Source of the DNA: Eledone cirrhosa | Taxonomy: Eukaryota | Length of the DNA: 64,000 nucleotides | Assembly: GCA_964016885.1 (NCBI GenBank) | Contig: OZ024741.1 | Span: 186,868,001-186,932,000 of the forward strand | Direction of reading: 5' to 3' | Part shown: positions 15,650 to 26,059 of the stretch, piece after piece | Position numbering within the stretch: the stretch's first letter is position 1 | How the letters are laid out: the number at the start of each line of letters is the position of its first letter | Program-made: the position numbers and the translations under genes | The notes under the pieces: generated by a model | Database searches by the model: none | What the model saw: the letters and a program-made list of their open reading frames with translations, nothing else | Told to the model about the DNA's origin: nothing

Positions 15650-16525
15650 TATGGCATCTGCATCAAGGTAATTTTTAAATCTGGTACAAAATTCAACGAC
15701 CTATTTGTCAAATTGCTAGGTTACAAACATAATCGTAAATCACAGGCCTGGGGTTGTCACGCATGGAAGTGAACCGTCAACTACTTGTTTAGAAAGCAAA
15801 TTGCTTAACCACACAGCCACTCCTGCACTTATGCATAATGTTTTTGAAATCGCATATTTTCTGAGGACGTGTAAAATCTACCTTTTATTCTTGATGTGTA
15901 AAATCTACAAAGGTAATAGCGAAGTTGCAGTTTTAAGAGAAAATATCATTAAAAACCTTTTTCTTAAATAAACGTCTCCCCTTCAACCAAACACATTTTT
16001 TTTCAGAAATTCTGAACATTTTTTTGCCATCTATTAAGATTCATGAAATAACTAGACTTTCACTGTACTTGGCGTACGGATTGAATCTATTTTTAGCTGT
16101 GATGAAATATTGCCGTCTATGACAAGAAAGCGCATGCGTTCGTATCTGCTCATTTCATCAACTGTTTTTGTTTTTTCTCTTTAGTGGTTTCCTTCCTTTT
16201 TATTTCACTCACTTTCTCACATTCGTTGTTAATCTCACACTTTCTTTATCACACATACACTCTACCCCTTCTCTTACACAGACTCAATCTCCCCCCCCCC
16301 ACTCTCTCTCTCTCTCTCTCTCTCTGATACGTACTTTCTCTTTTTCCCTGTCATACCCGTCACCCTTTTCCTTCTCCCGCTTCACCACTTGACACGGTTA
16401 ACCGTATCAAGTAAGTAGATGATATAACAAAAGATTTCATAGACAGTTATGCATATTTACATTTGTTAAACTGTCCATATGCACACATGCAGACGACCAG
16501 ATATATGTGTTATATTATATACAGT

Positions 16526-16603
<78 letters not shown>

Positions 16604-17754
16604 TATTGAAGTTTCCGTTGAAAATTGAAAAAGTCATAGGAGTGAAGAGTGCTCTATGTAAGTACCAGAGCAAAATATATATATATATAGTATCCGATGT
16701 CGTTTATTTTTTTTATAGTTCTGTATGTGTATGTATGAATGTTCACATGTATGTATGTGTGTATGTATGTATGTACGGTTATAAGTATGTACATATGTAT
16801 GTATGTATGAATGTATGTATGTTTGTATGTATGTTTATAGATATAGTATACGCAGCCGATCTGTCAGACTATTACAAAACCATAACGAGATATATTAAAC
16901 ATAAAGAATGATGTGCGCAGGTGCTATAAAATGGCTTATAAAATAGGGTGAAGATACTTAAAATACGGAAAAGGAAGTTACCATAGGCCCCTATGATGAA
17001 TCAAAATTCATATCACCCAGATAGCGGCTAGGCGCATTTAACCACCAAGCCAAGAAATCGGGACAACTTTTACCGTCTTAGATTGTTGGCGTTGGCGAGC
17101 TTTTCCTGAAGACATTTCTTAATTTTACTGGCAAATATGTTTTTGGCCTTCCATTGTTTGCTTTATATCCGACAAAAAATGTTATTCCGTCCGAAGAACT
17201 ATTTGAATGTTAAAGACTCTATTCAGACCTTTAGCAAATACGAAAATGACACCTGTTTGCCGGTATGTTTGTATATTATGTAGGAATGTGGCTTAATTAC
17301 TCCCATTTCGCCTAATGTTTTATTTTTTTAATACAGGTTCTTTACATGTCTCTTTTGAATAGTTTTTTCGGGTAAGATATGTTGAAATACCTTCTTAATA
17401 CTCGAAATCCCATGCCAGCCACCAAAATTCCACGTCACCCATTATTTTACAACCTATTTTATAGCATCTCCGTGGATGAGCACATCATTCATTATATTGA
17501 CTTATACATATATATGTGTGAATGTACACATGAGCATATCTATAAATGTATTATTTATAAAAATCCATATAAAACCAGCATATTTTGCCTCACTATTTGG
17601 CGTTATCATATAGACACTGACGTAGATGTGATAGGATCCCTGGTTATGATAACCACAACGGGACTTTTCAGGCTAATTTCAGGCTCTTTACAGAATGAAC
17701 CAGCGCAACGCTTTTATAGCTTGCTATCATTTCATCTGTCAAAGGAAGTTGATA

Positions 17755-17894
17755 CCCGGGCATCTAAAAGTCTTAGAGAAAAATCTTAGCATGGTACGTA
17801 CATATTTAATTGTCATATTTAATTGTCATATTTAATATGACTTAACAGTAGGTACCATGCTAAGACTTTTCTCTAAGACTTTTTGATGCCCGGG
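17755..17894. repeat. Inverted repeat (~46-bp arms)
   Basis: cccgggcatctaaaagtcttagagaaaaatcttagcatggtac ... gtaccatgctaagacttttctctaagactttttgatgcccggg. Confidence 0.85.
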
Positions 17895-17937
17895 CATTCT
17901 CCAGTAGACACACATATATATATATATACACACACAC

Positions 17938-18005
<68 letters not shown>

Positions 18006-18331
18006 GGGAAGAAGACACACATGGTGGATAGAAGGTCGAGAAATCGCTCCCGTAAGTTTTGATTTTTTAACATATTTAAATCACCGGGTTTCGTATGAAT
18101 CCGGTGATATCATCAGGTATTCGAAATACAATAAATGAATGTAATAGGTAAAATCCATGGGGCTGAAAATCAAAGACAGGAGGACGACCGACCATCTAGG
18201 ATCTTCCACTTTAGCCGGTCACCCTCAAGTGCTGGCTATTTTGTCTATTTGAGGCCATCTTGTGAGGGGGGTAAAGCTTTTAGTGTGCTACTACCCTCCC
18301 GGTCAAATAGTTCACTTGTTCACTTTCCTCT

Positions 18332-18434
18332 GTCCCGATAACTCTAATTTAGTTATCGCTCGCACTGATTTTAGGTATCTAGTCTTTAATGCGAAGAAAT
18401 ACCAATGAGAAAGAGCAGACTACTGATGAAGGAC
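18332..18434 (+). ncRNA. Candidate non-circularly permuted hammerhead, copy 1
   Basis: GGTAT-C-tagtct ... gcga-a-GAAATACC ... agacta-CTGATGA-a-ggac; covaries with other copies (see findings). Confidence 0.7.
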
Positions 18435-18501
18435 TTTTCTGTTTCTCGGTCTATTTTTATTCATATATTCATATTCGCAACAACGCAGCACGCTAGTTTC
18501 A

Positions 18502-18554
<53 letters not shown>

Positions 18555-18589
18555 AGATTTGAATGGATACAGTTTAGTTGAAAGGAATT

Positions 18590-18704
18590 TATTGACACGT
18601 GTTTCTATAACAGTTACATAACCTAAAACAGCTATCTACAAACTTTTAGTTATGCAGACATTCAATATTTCAATGTTATTGTTTACTGTCATTTCATCAG
18701 AATA
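18590..18704 (-). ncRNA. Type I hammerhead in the 3' pseudo-LTR
   Basis: Minus: tatt-CTGATGA-a-atgacagt...actgttat-a-GAAAC-acgt-GTC-aata; GUC cleavage triplet; palindromic loop III. Confidence 0.85.
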
Positions 18705-19301
18705 ATATTACTGAGGACCTATTTAGTTTTTATAGAGAATATTAGGAGGAAGGGGTGAAGTTGTTAGAAGAATAGTTGAAGGAGTGGTTTTTCGATAGCA
18801 GTGAGAATTCTTGGTGGCAGTGATTAATTAGATTCCCATCTGTTGTTTTGACATTTTTTATAGAATATATTATTGGTTATTTTTCTAAATCTATAGAAGG
18901 ATTAGAGATAGTAAAGATATGCGTGGTTGGTTTTGTGTTTGCACTTAACATTCAGACTTAAATTTTTCTTTCAAGTGTACGTATTCTTTCACCCACGCAT
19001 TCACACACAAATATATTTGCACACCTCTACAAAATACATATACTCACAATTCACATATTCATACTTACATATATATACACATGCATACACATATATATAC
19101 ACACATGTATTCATGTACATACATACGCGCTCATGTGTATACATTTTCATACTCAACTTATCTTTATATATACACACGTATAGACACACACATATATACA
19201 TACATACTCTAGTCCATGTGTACACACATACACATACATACACATCCATATACACATACATACATACACATATATACATACATATATACATATACATATA
19301 T

Positions 19302-19332
<31 letters not shown>

Positions 19333-19339
19333 CACATAC

Positions 19340-19392
<53 letters not shown>

Positions 19393-19661
19393 AGCACTTT
19401 AATACATGAATACACTTACATCTAACTATACACATCAAACATATATATATATTTACTTATTTATATACATTTTCACATATATATACATACTTATGGACGT
19501 TTTTAGACACATTCATTATCGCATATTTGTACCTATTCTCATCAGCATATCTTTTCATTATTAGTATGGTAATTTAAGGTTATTAATATATGTTGAAAAG
19601 AGATTGTTTTTATATTTTTCTAACTAGATTAAGGTTTATATAGTTGGGGGATGTCCCTCTT

Positions 19662-21983
19662 TTATGTAATATTCGGCTTGTAGTGGGAAAAAAGGGTTTT
19701 AGTTCTGTGACGGCAGAATAATGTTCGTTCAATTCTGTTATTCAGCAGTTTCTTCTTGTGTGTGATTATGTAATAAATCTCAAGATTACACAATTTGCAG
19801 AAATGTTGGCTCCTGGAAAAGCTTTGGGTTTTAGCTAATTTTTCCCATTTTAGGGTAAACTTTTGATTGCTATCCCTGAGCGTCCAAGCTTTCTCTGCTA
19901 AAGTTGTTACATTTCTTTGGCTCTGGTGTTTTATTGAGTAAGAATGCCTATACAATCGAGATTTAAACGATGTTGCCGTTGATCCCACGTAATACCACTC
20001 GTTGCCTCCGGATTTAATGGTACACTTATAAATAATATTTTTTTCCAGGCAGTTATTGCCGAGGGGGCAGTTGTCAGGATAGGTGCAGTTACAGTTGTGT
20101 ACGTTGGGTTTTCTCTGGAGTAGTATTGCGGACGAACTTAGGTGTGGTTTATTTATGTTCTGTAGTGTATTGTCTACTGTTTTTTTGGGGTTCTTTGTAC
20201 TTAAGTTCTTAGTGTTTTCGTTTAACCTTCTAGTATTGATCTTTTTTATGTGTTGTTCAAGGTTTAACGCTGTAGAGTATGACAGTCTTATAGTGGTAGG
20301 GTTTAGGATTTTGTGGTATTTGTGTGATGTGGGAAAATGTCTTTTAATTATTTTAAAGAAGAGTACTGGTAAATTTGTACTAATGGAGCTATTGTATTCG
20401 GGGTTATACCATAAGTACTCTTTGCATCGCTTTCTATTAGTTTTGTTTGTTGGTTTACTGGTGTGCATACTATGGTAGTAAGTGTGGTTTGGTGTTGTGT
20501 TATTATATCTACCTATGTGGGATTTATTTTGGGTGTTTTGATTGTTCCCATCTATGTACTCTATTTTGTTGAGGTAGCCTGCTTTACTAAGGGCGTTATC
20601 GTAGTACTCGGCGTGTTCCTTAAATACTTGTATGTTAGAAGATAGACCCGAGATTCTAAGGGAAATATTTTTAGGGATAGATTTAATTATAGAGATGGGG
20701 TGGTTAGACCCAACATTTACGTATTTGAGATTTTCATTCAATTTATGAAACGGTTTAATCAAACCAGAGTTTAAATTGAGTGTGACATCCAGGAAGTTAA
20801 CTACTTTAAGGTTGTATTCATATGTTATAGTTAGTCCTATTTCGAGTAGTAGTTTTCTTATATCTTTGCGTAGTTTTTCTAGTTTTTGGTTATTAAGGTT
20901 TTTAGCTAGGAGGAGAACATCGTCGCGGTATATTCCGCCGTGGAGATTGCTGAATTTTTCCTGGAGTCTAAAGGCGATAAATAACCCCACAATATCAGTT
21001 ATTTCCGCCGAATCGTTAGAGCCCATTGTTATGTCAAAGTTAGAGGGTCTATCTTTACGTACCCAATAACTGTTCTCAAATTTGACTATAGTTTTCCTAG
21101 CTTCTAATATAATCTTAATTTCATCGTTTGTAAGGTCGGAGTTATCCTTAGCAAACTTAATGGCTCTATTCAAAGTTTCAGGTGATATCGATGAGTAATA
21201 TTCATCGATATCAAACTGGATAAACTTAGATTTATTCTTATTGCTAATGCTATTAAACCATCTTATTGCTTCTTGGGTCTTCCCCCAGAGTTTAATGTTA
21301 ATCTTAGCCTTAATTTGGGGGATGATTCTATCTAAGATATATTTGCTTATTTTACCTATATCTGATTTAGAGGGGCAGATTAATCTAATTTTAGGGTCAT
21401 TATCAAAGTTTACCTTGTGGTCCTTAAGATTGAAAGTGGGTACCGCCGGTAAGAGTGGTCCTGTCCTATCTTCGATTCCGAGATTTTTCACTATTTCGCA
21501 TGCCTCATCATTGATGTGCTTAAGGGTTACTTCACTCGTTTTTCTATATTTTTTATGTAATTCTTTTCGAATGAAGTTGTTGTATGTAGTGCAATCCATA
21601 GTGTACAGGTTTGATGTTTTGTCCGCTTTTACTACAATTCCTTTGGTGTTTTTAAGGTCGTCCAGTAGTTTTTTTATATCTTTCTGTAATTTTCTGTTGG
21701 TGTTGCGTCCTTTGAATTTAATTTTAAGGATTAAGTTCATAAGGTCCTGCTCAAATGCATCTAATAGTGGGTTGGTGGGTGGGTTTTTACAAGTCCTAAA
21801 ACCGAATTTTTTGTTTACACCACTTTCTAATGTTGAGTTCATACGGCTTCTATCATAGTGGAGCGTTTTCCACCTGACACGTCGAATGAATTCATTAGTT
21901 TTTTGAATCATGCTCAATAAATATTCCTTTCTACCTTGGGTTGGTATGTTTTTGAGTGACATATCCAGGTAGTGTTTTTCCAT
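19662..21983 (-). CDS. PLE polyprotein: reverse transcriptase + Cys-rich linker + GIY-YIG endonuclease (773 aa)
   Basis: RT motifs FIQFDIDEYYSSI, FDITMGSNDSAEI, GIYRDDVL, FLDVTL, YVNVGSNHP; CNC-x5-CPL-x3-C; NIIYKC...YYVGST..FKSRLYRH; CKLCNLE; C-terminal CRH. No internal stops. Confidence 0.95.
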   Translation of the reverse strand: MEKHYLDMSLKNIPTQGRKEYLLSMIQKTNEFIRRVRWKTLHYDRSRMNSTLESGVNKKFGFRTCKNPPTNPLLDAFEQDLMNLILKIKFKGRNTNRKLQKDIKKLLDDLKNTKGIVVKADKTSNLYTMDCTTYNNFIRKELHKKYRKTSEVTLKHINDEACEIVKNLGIEDRTGPLLPAVPTFNLKDHKVNFDNDPKIRLICPSKSDIGKISKYILDRIIPQIKAKINIKLWGKTQEAIRWFNSISNKNKSKFIQFDIDEYYSSISPETLNRAIKFAKDNSDLTNDEIKIILEARKTIVKFENSYWVRKDRPSNFDITMGSNDSAEITDIVGLFIAFRLQEKFSNLHGGIYRDDVLLLAKNLNNQKLEKLRKDIRKLLLEIGLTITYEYNLKVVNFLDVTLNLNSGLIKPFHKLNENLKYVNVGSNHPISIIKSIPKNISLRISGLSSNIQVFKEHAEYYDNALSKAGYLNKIEYIDGNNQNTQNKSHIGRYNNTTPNHTYYHSMHTSKPTNKTNRKRCKEYLWYNPEYNSSISTNLPVLFFKIIKRHFPTSHKYHKILNPTTIRLSYSTALNLEQHIKKINTRRLNENTKNLSTKNPKKTVDNTLQNINKPHLSSSAILLQRKPNVHNCNCTYPDNCPLGNNCLEKNIIYKCTIKSGGNEWYYVGSTATSFKSRLYRHSYSIKHQSQRNVTTLAEKAWTLRDSNQKFTLKWEKLAKTQSFSRSQHFCKLCNLEIYYIITHKKKLLNNRIERTLFCRHRTKTLFSHYKPNIT

Positions 21984-22188
21984 TGTTGTGGTTGCGTTTG
22001 CTGTGTGGGTTGCTCGACTTTACAGGAGGTAAATATACAGTTTTTTCCGTTGTGTTGTAATATAAATATTACACACAGTAGATTATCAGCTCACGTAGAG
22101 TTTGCTCGACGGTTCCAGTTGTAGTTCCAAAAGTAATCCGGAGAAAAATAGAAAGATTTGAATGGATACAGTTTAGTTGAAAGGAATT

Positions 22189-22303
22189 TATTGACACGTG
22201 TTTCTATAACAGTTACATAACCTAAAACAGCTATCTACAAACTTTTAGTTATGCAGACATTCAATATTTCAATGTTATTGTTTACTGTCATTTCATCAGA
22301 ATA
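22189..22303 (-). ncRNA. Type I hammerhead in the 5' pseudo-LTR
   Basis: Identical to 18590-18704. Confidence 0.85.
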
Positions 22304-22308
22304 TATAT

Positions 22309-22729
22309 GTAAATATCTTTAAGTCGTTTGGAAGCCTCGACAATGCAAATGGGTAAATCTCCGGGTAACAAGATCCGGCGGTGGAGAGAGAGATGTAAGT
22401 GGGTGTACGTTGAGATGCGTGGTGTGTATGAGATGTGTAGAAGAATGAAGGATAAAATAAAAATAACAACACGAGAGAGAGTTACCTTTGGAGAGATTTA
22501 ATAGTCCCTATATATTTCGGATTCACATCCATCAACTGGGGTTTTTTCCGGGGTGGGGGAAAGGTTGTCTGTCGGACAGGTGCGAAACGTGTCCTCCGCT
22601 GTTTGTTGTTTTGAATATCCACCACCGGATCTTGTTACCCGGAGATTTACCCATTTGCATTGTCGAGGCTTCCAAACGACTTAAAGATATTTACTTATTA
22701 TTCCACAACGCTTCAAGCAAACTTCAATA

Positions 22730-22735
<6 letters not shown>
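22309..22735. repeat. Asymmetric fold-back insertion (~77-bp arms, ~40-bp extra tail on the right) in (TA)n
   Basis: gtaaatatctttaagtcg...ggtgga (22309-22385) / tccacc...gatatttac (22618-22694). Confidence 0.85.
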
Positions 22736-22770
<35 letters not shown>

Positions 22771-22772
<2 letters not shown>

Positions 22773-23190
22773 CCAAAGATTAATATGGTTCGTTGATTAC
22801 TCAATGAATACAATTTTACAATAGATTAAAAGCACTCAACAATGAGGTTTTCCTGGAGTTTTTAATATTATTCAAAATATTAACAAATGAAAGATATTCA
22901 CATAATCAAAATATATGCTTTATTATATATATTTCAAAGGTACTGTGTTTTATTTTTCCAGTACGTCTTTATCAGATAAAATATATGATTTGATATATGA
23001 CATACCGCTACGGTCTTGATTATACAATTCCATAATCAAGACCGTAGCGGTATGTCATATATCAAATCATATATTCTATCTGATGAAGACGTACTGGAAA
23101 AGAAAAAACACAGTACCTTTGAAATATATATAATAAAGCATATATTTTGATTATGTGAATATCTTTCATTTGGTAATATTTTGAATAATA
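22771..23190. repeat. Fold-back PLE pseudo-LTR remnant (~155-bp arms) with hammerhead motifs in both polarities
   Basis: Hairpin centred at ~23027; + strand CTGATGA-agacgtactg...cagtaccttt-GAAAT-atat-ATA at 23080-23133; ~95-bp extra tail on the left. Confidence 0.85.
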
Positions 23191-23631
23191 TATATATAAC
23201 TGAATGGAAAATGGCCGGCTGTGTTGCAAATGTGATATACAAATTAAAATGAAGGTACATATATATTGATATATGTGTGTGTGTGTTTAGATATGTCTGT
23301 ATGTATATATGTGTATATTTATGGGTTTGTGTATGCGTGTGTGTGCGCATGTGTGCGTGTGTGTGCGTGTGTGTGCGCATGTGTGAGTGTAGGAACGCAT
23401 GTATATGTGTGTGTTTGTATGTGCATGTAGGCTCACATATAACGTATATGTGAATGCGTCAGTATACGTATATGCGTGAGGTTTTGCTTGTATATGTGTG
23501 TTTATATATATACATATCAAGTTATTATTTTCCCCTTAACATTATGTCCGTTATCTTATTTCAGTTCCACTTTCAATTGACCTAGACTTTGTTTTGAAAT
23601 CCATATCTCACTTTCATATTAAATAAAATTT

Positions 23632-23698
23632 CCTTCTGACGATTGAAGTCAGACGTGTGTGTTAGGTTCGTCTGTCTTCGTGAAACCTTTGTTAAATG
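23632..23698 (+). ncRNA. Degenerate type I hammerhead (family shared with 31075, 56571, 61637)
   Basis: CTGACGA-ttgaagtcagacg...cgtctgtcttcgt-GAAAC-ctttgtta-aatg. Confidence 0.6.
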
Positions 23699-23730
23699 AA
23701 ATAATTATCTTATGTTGTTTATTGCATAAC

Positions 23731-23882
<152 letters not shown>

Positions 23883-24586
23883 TATTTCGTTGAAATTGCC
23901 TTAAAAAAACCAATACAATACAAGTTAAAAATAGAAATGTAAAAATAGCAATAAATTTAAACAAAGCAAAACGTTTACACATTTACGCCATATTACGCAA
24001 TAAGAGCACATATTCAATAGGAATACAATATGACCTGTGATAGTGTTTCACTGCTCACTCTCTCCCCATTCTCTCTCTCTCATTCTCACTCGCTCCCATC
24101 ACATATATATAAGTAAGTTATTACTCAACTAAAAGCTCGATCTAACCACCAAAAAGTAAATAATTTCCCAAAATAGCACAAAATGCACTATTAACTGGTT
24201 TATACGTATACTTCAATAATTGAGGTTCTTCCTTCCAACCGAAGAAATCACAAAGTCAGTTTGCAAGTTTGCTGTTTATATTAACACCAGAAACAGAATC
24301 CTCGTCAACGGAAATTGGAATGTGAAAAGATGAATAAGCTAATTTTGTAGGACAATACAACCATTTGTAAGATAAAGCAAAGTAGAACATACATTTCAGG
24401 ATACTACTATAAATGATAGGAAATATAAGACCCCCCAGTAAAGTATTTCCACGTGGTTCAAAAATTGGTTGAAGTTATTAATAATTCTTTTTTCAGCTTA
24501 CAGTGAATTTAAGATATTTGCATGTCTTTATGCTAAAAATGTTGTATACATATATATACACAATTACACAGTCCGAGTTATGTATA

Positions 24587-24634
<48 letters not shown>

Positions 24635-24639
24635 TAGGT

Positions 24640-24969
24640 ATTATGCACACGTCGCTTCTTTCAAACACCATGAAAAAAGAACAGCAACGACGCTGGCAAA
24701 TAAAGTGTGGGAGTTTAAAGACAAAAACATTCCATACTCTATTGATTGATCTATTTTACGCCACTCAAGAGAATACCAAAGGGGCACAAAGAAATGTTCT
24801 TTGTGTACTAAGGAAACATTTAGAATTCTCCAAAACCTCACATCCCCTCCAACTTGCCTCAGCATCCCCTCCAACTTGCCCAACAACCGAGATCTTTAGA
24901 TGTCCGCACCTGAAATCGCATCTACCTTTTAGCTGGATTAACACACAAACGATTACTCAACCACCCTGA
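24640..24969 (+). pseudogene. Frameshifted 3' fragment of a Naiad-type PLE GIY-YIG domain
   Basis: Alternative frames give HVASFKH...ATTLANKVWEFKDKNIPYSID...EYQRGTK...IFRCPH; homologous to 59682-60210. Confidence 0.8.
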
Positions 24970-25539
24970 GCTTTCTCTTTACATATTACACCTTCCACTC
25001 ACTACCAATATCATCACCTCATGAATACTACTTCTTACACAGTTTTCACATAAACACATACTTTCTACCAATATATACATTTTTTCTCCCTCATGTTTAT
25101 TTATTTTTTTCATTTGATTTATACCTCCCCCCTATTTTCTACCATACCTTTAACACATACACACCCACCACCTTCATTCTGTACTCTACCTTTACCCAGA
25201 TGACTTTTTAACTATATACCCTTATCCGGATCTCTTCAGAAAAACTTACTTTCTACCACAACTTATACACACCTATTCTCCCTCACCTGTTCATCTAAAT
25301 TTTTATATTATTTGATTTCAGTTATACTCCCACTTGACCTTACATACCCACCATGTTTTTAAGTGTACTCACATATGGTTGTATGTGAGCGCATATGCAG
25401 GCAGGCATATGTGTACATACACATATATGTGTATTTATACATATATACATGTGTGTGTGTGTATGTGTGTGTATATCTTATGTATGTATATATATATGTG
25501 TGTGCGTATGTGTATTTATATAATATTATAATATTCGCT

Positions 25540-25722
25540 GGATTGGCAGTATCGGTAGAGGGTCGGACGCCATGCTTTGCAGCAAAGAGTTACTTCCCAT
25601 TACGGACTGAGTTCAAATCCCGCCGAGGTTAACTTTGCCTTTCATCCTTACGGGGTCGATAAAATAAAGTACCAGTAATACACTGGATATTTCTGGCCTT
25701 CTGCCAAAAAGTAGAAACAATT
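25540..25722 (+). mobile_element. tRNA-derived SINE family 1
   Basis: A/B boxes and conserved body. Confidence 0.9.
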
Positions 25723-25818
25723 ATAATATTATTTGCTTATCTAATAATATAATTTTTTTTTGCGCGTGGATCTGTGAATATATTTTTGGTACCCCCTTTT
25801 TATACTCCTACATGTGTT

Positions 25819-25859
<41 letters not shown>

Positions 25860-26059
25860 GGGTATGGATCTATGTATATATGTATATATGTATGCGTGTG
25901 TTGATTTATTATTGCGTGTGTGTGTGCGCGCATGTACGTGTGTTATGTACTTATGTTTACGTGTGAACGCATTTATATATATGATGGCTGCAAACTCTGC
26001 CAAGAGTATTGCAATCGCTTGTCAGATTCAGATGTGGGACGCTCGGATATGGGTTTTCA

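Larger units (their letters stand above)
18551..22303 (-). mobile_element. Full-length Penelope-like retroelement (Naiad-type) inserted in a (TA)n tract
   Basis: Single RT+GIY-YIG ORF flanked by identical 154-bp direct repeats (18551-18704, 22150-22303), each containing a hammerhead; TA repeats on both sides. Confidence 0.93.

Noticed and set aside
19662-21983. Selenoprotein coding (known for some Naiad elements)
   Set aside because: The ORF has no in-frame TGA and ends in TAA; I could not identify a SECIS by eye.
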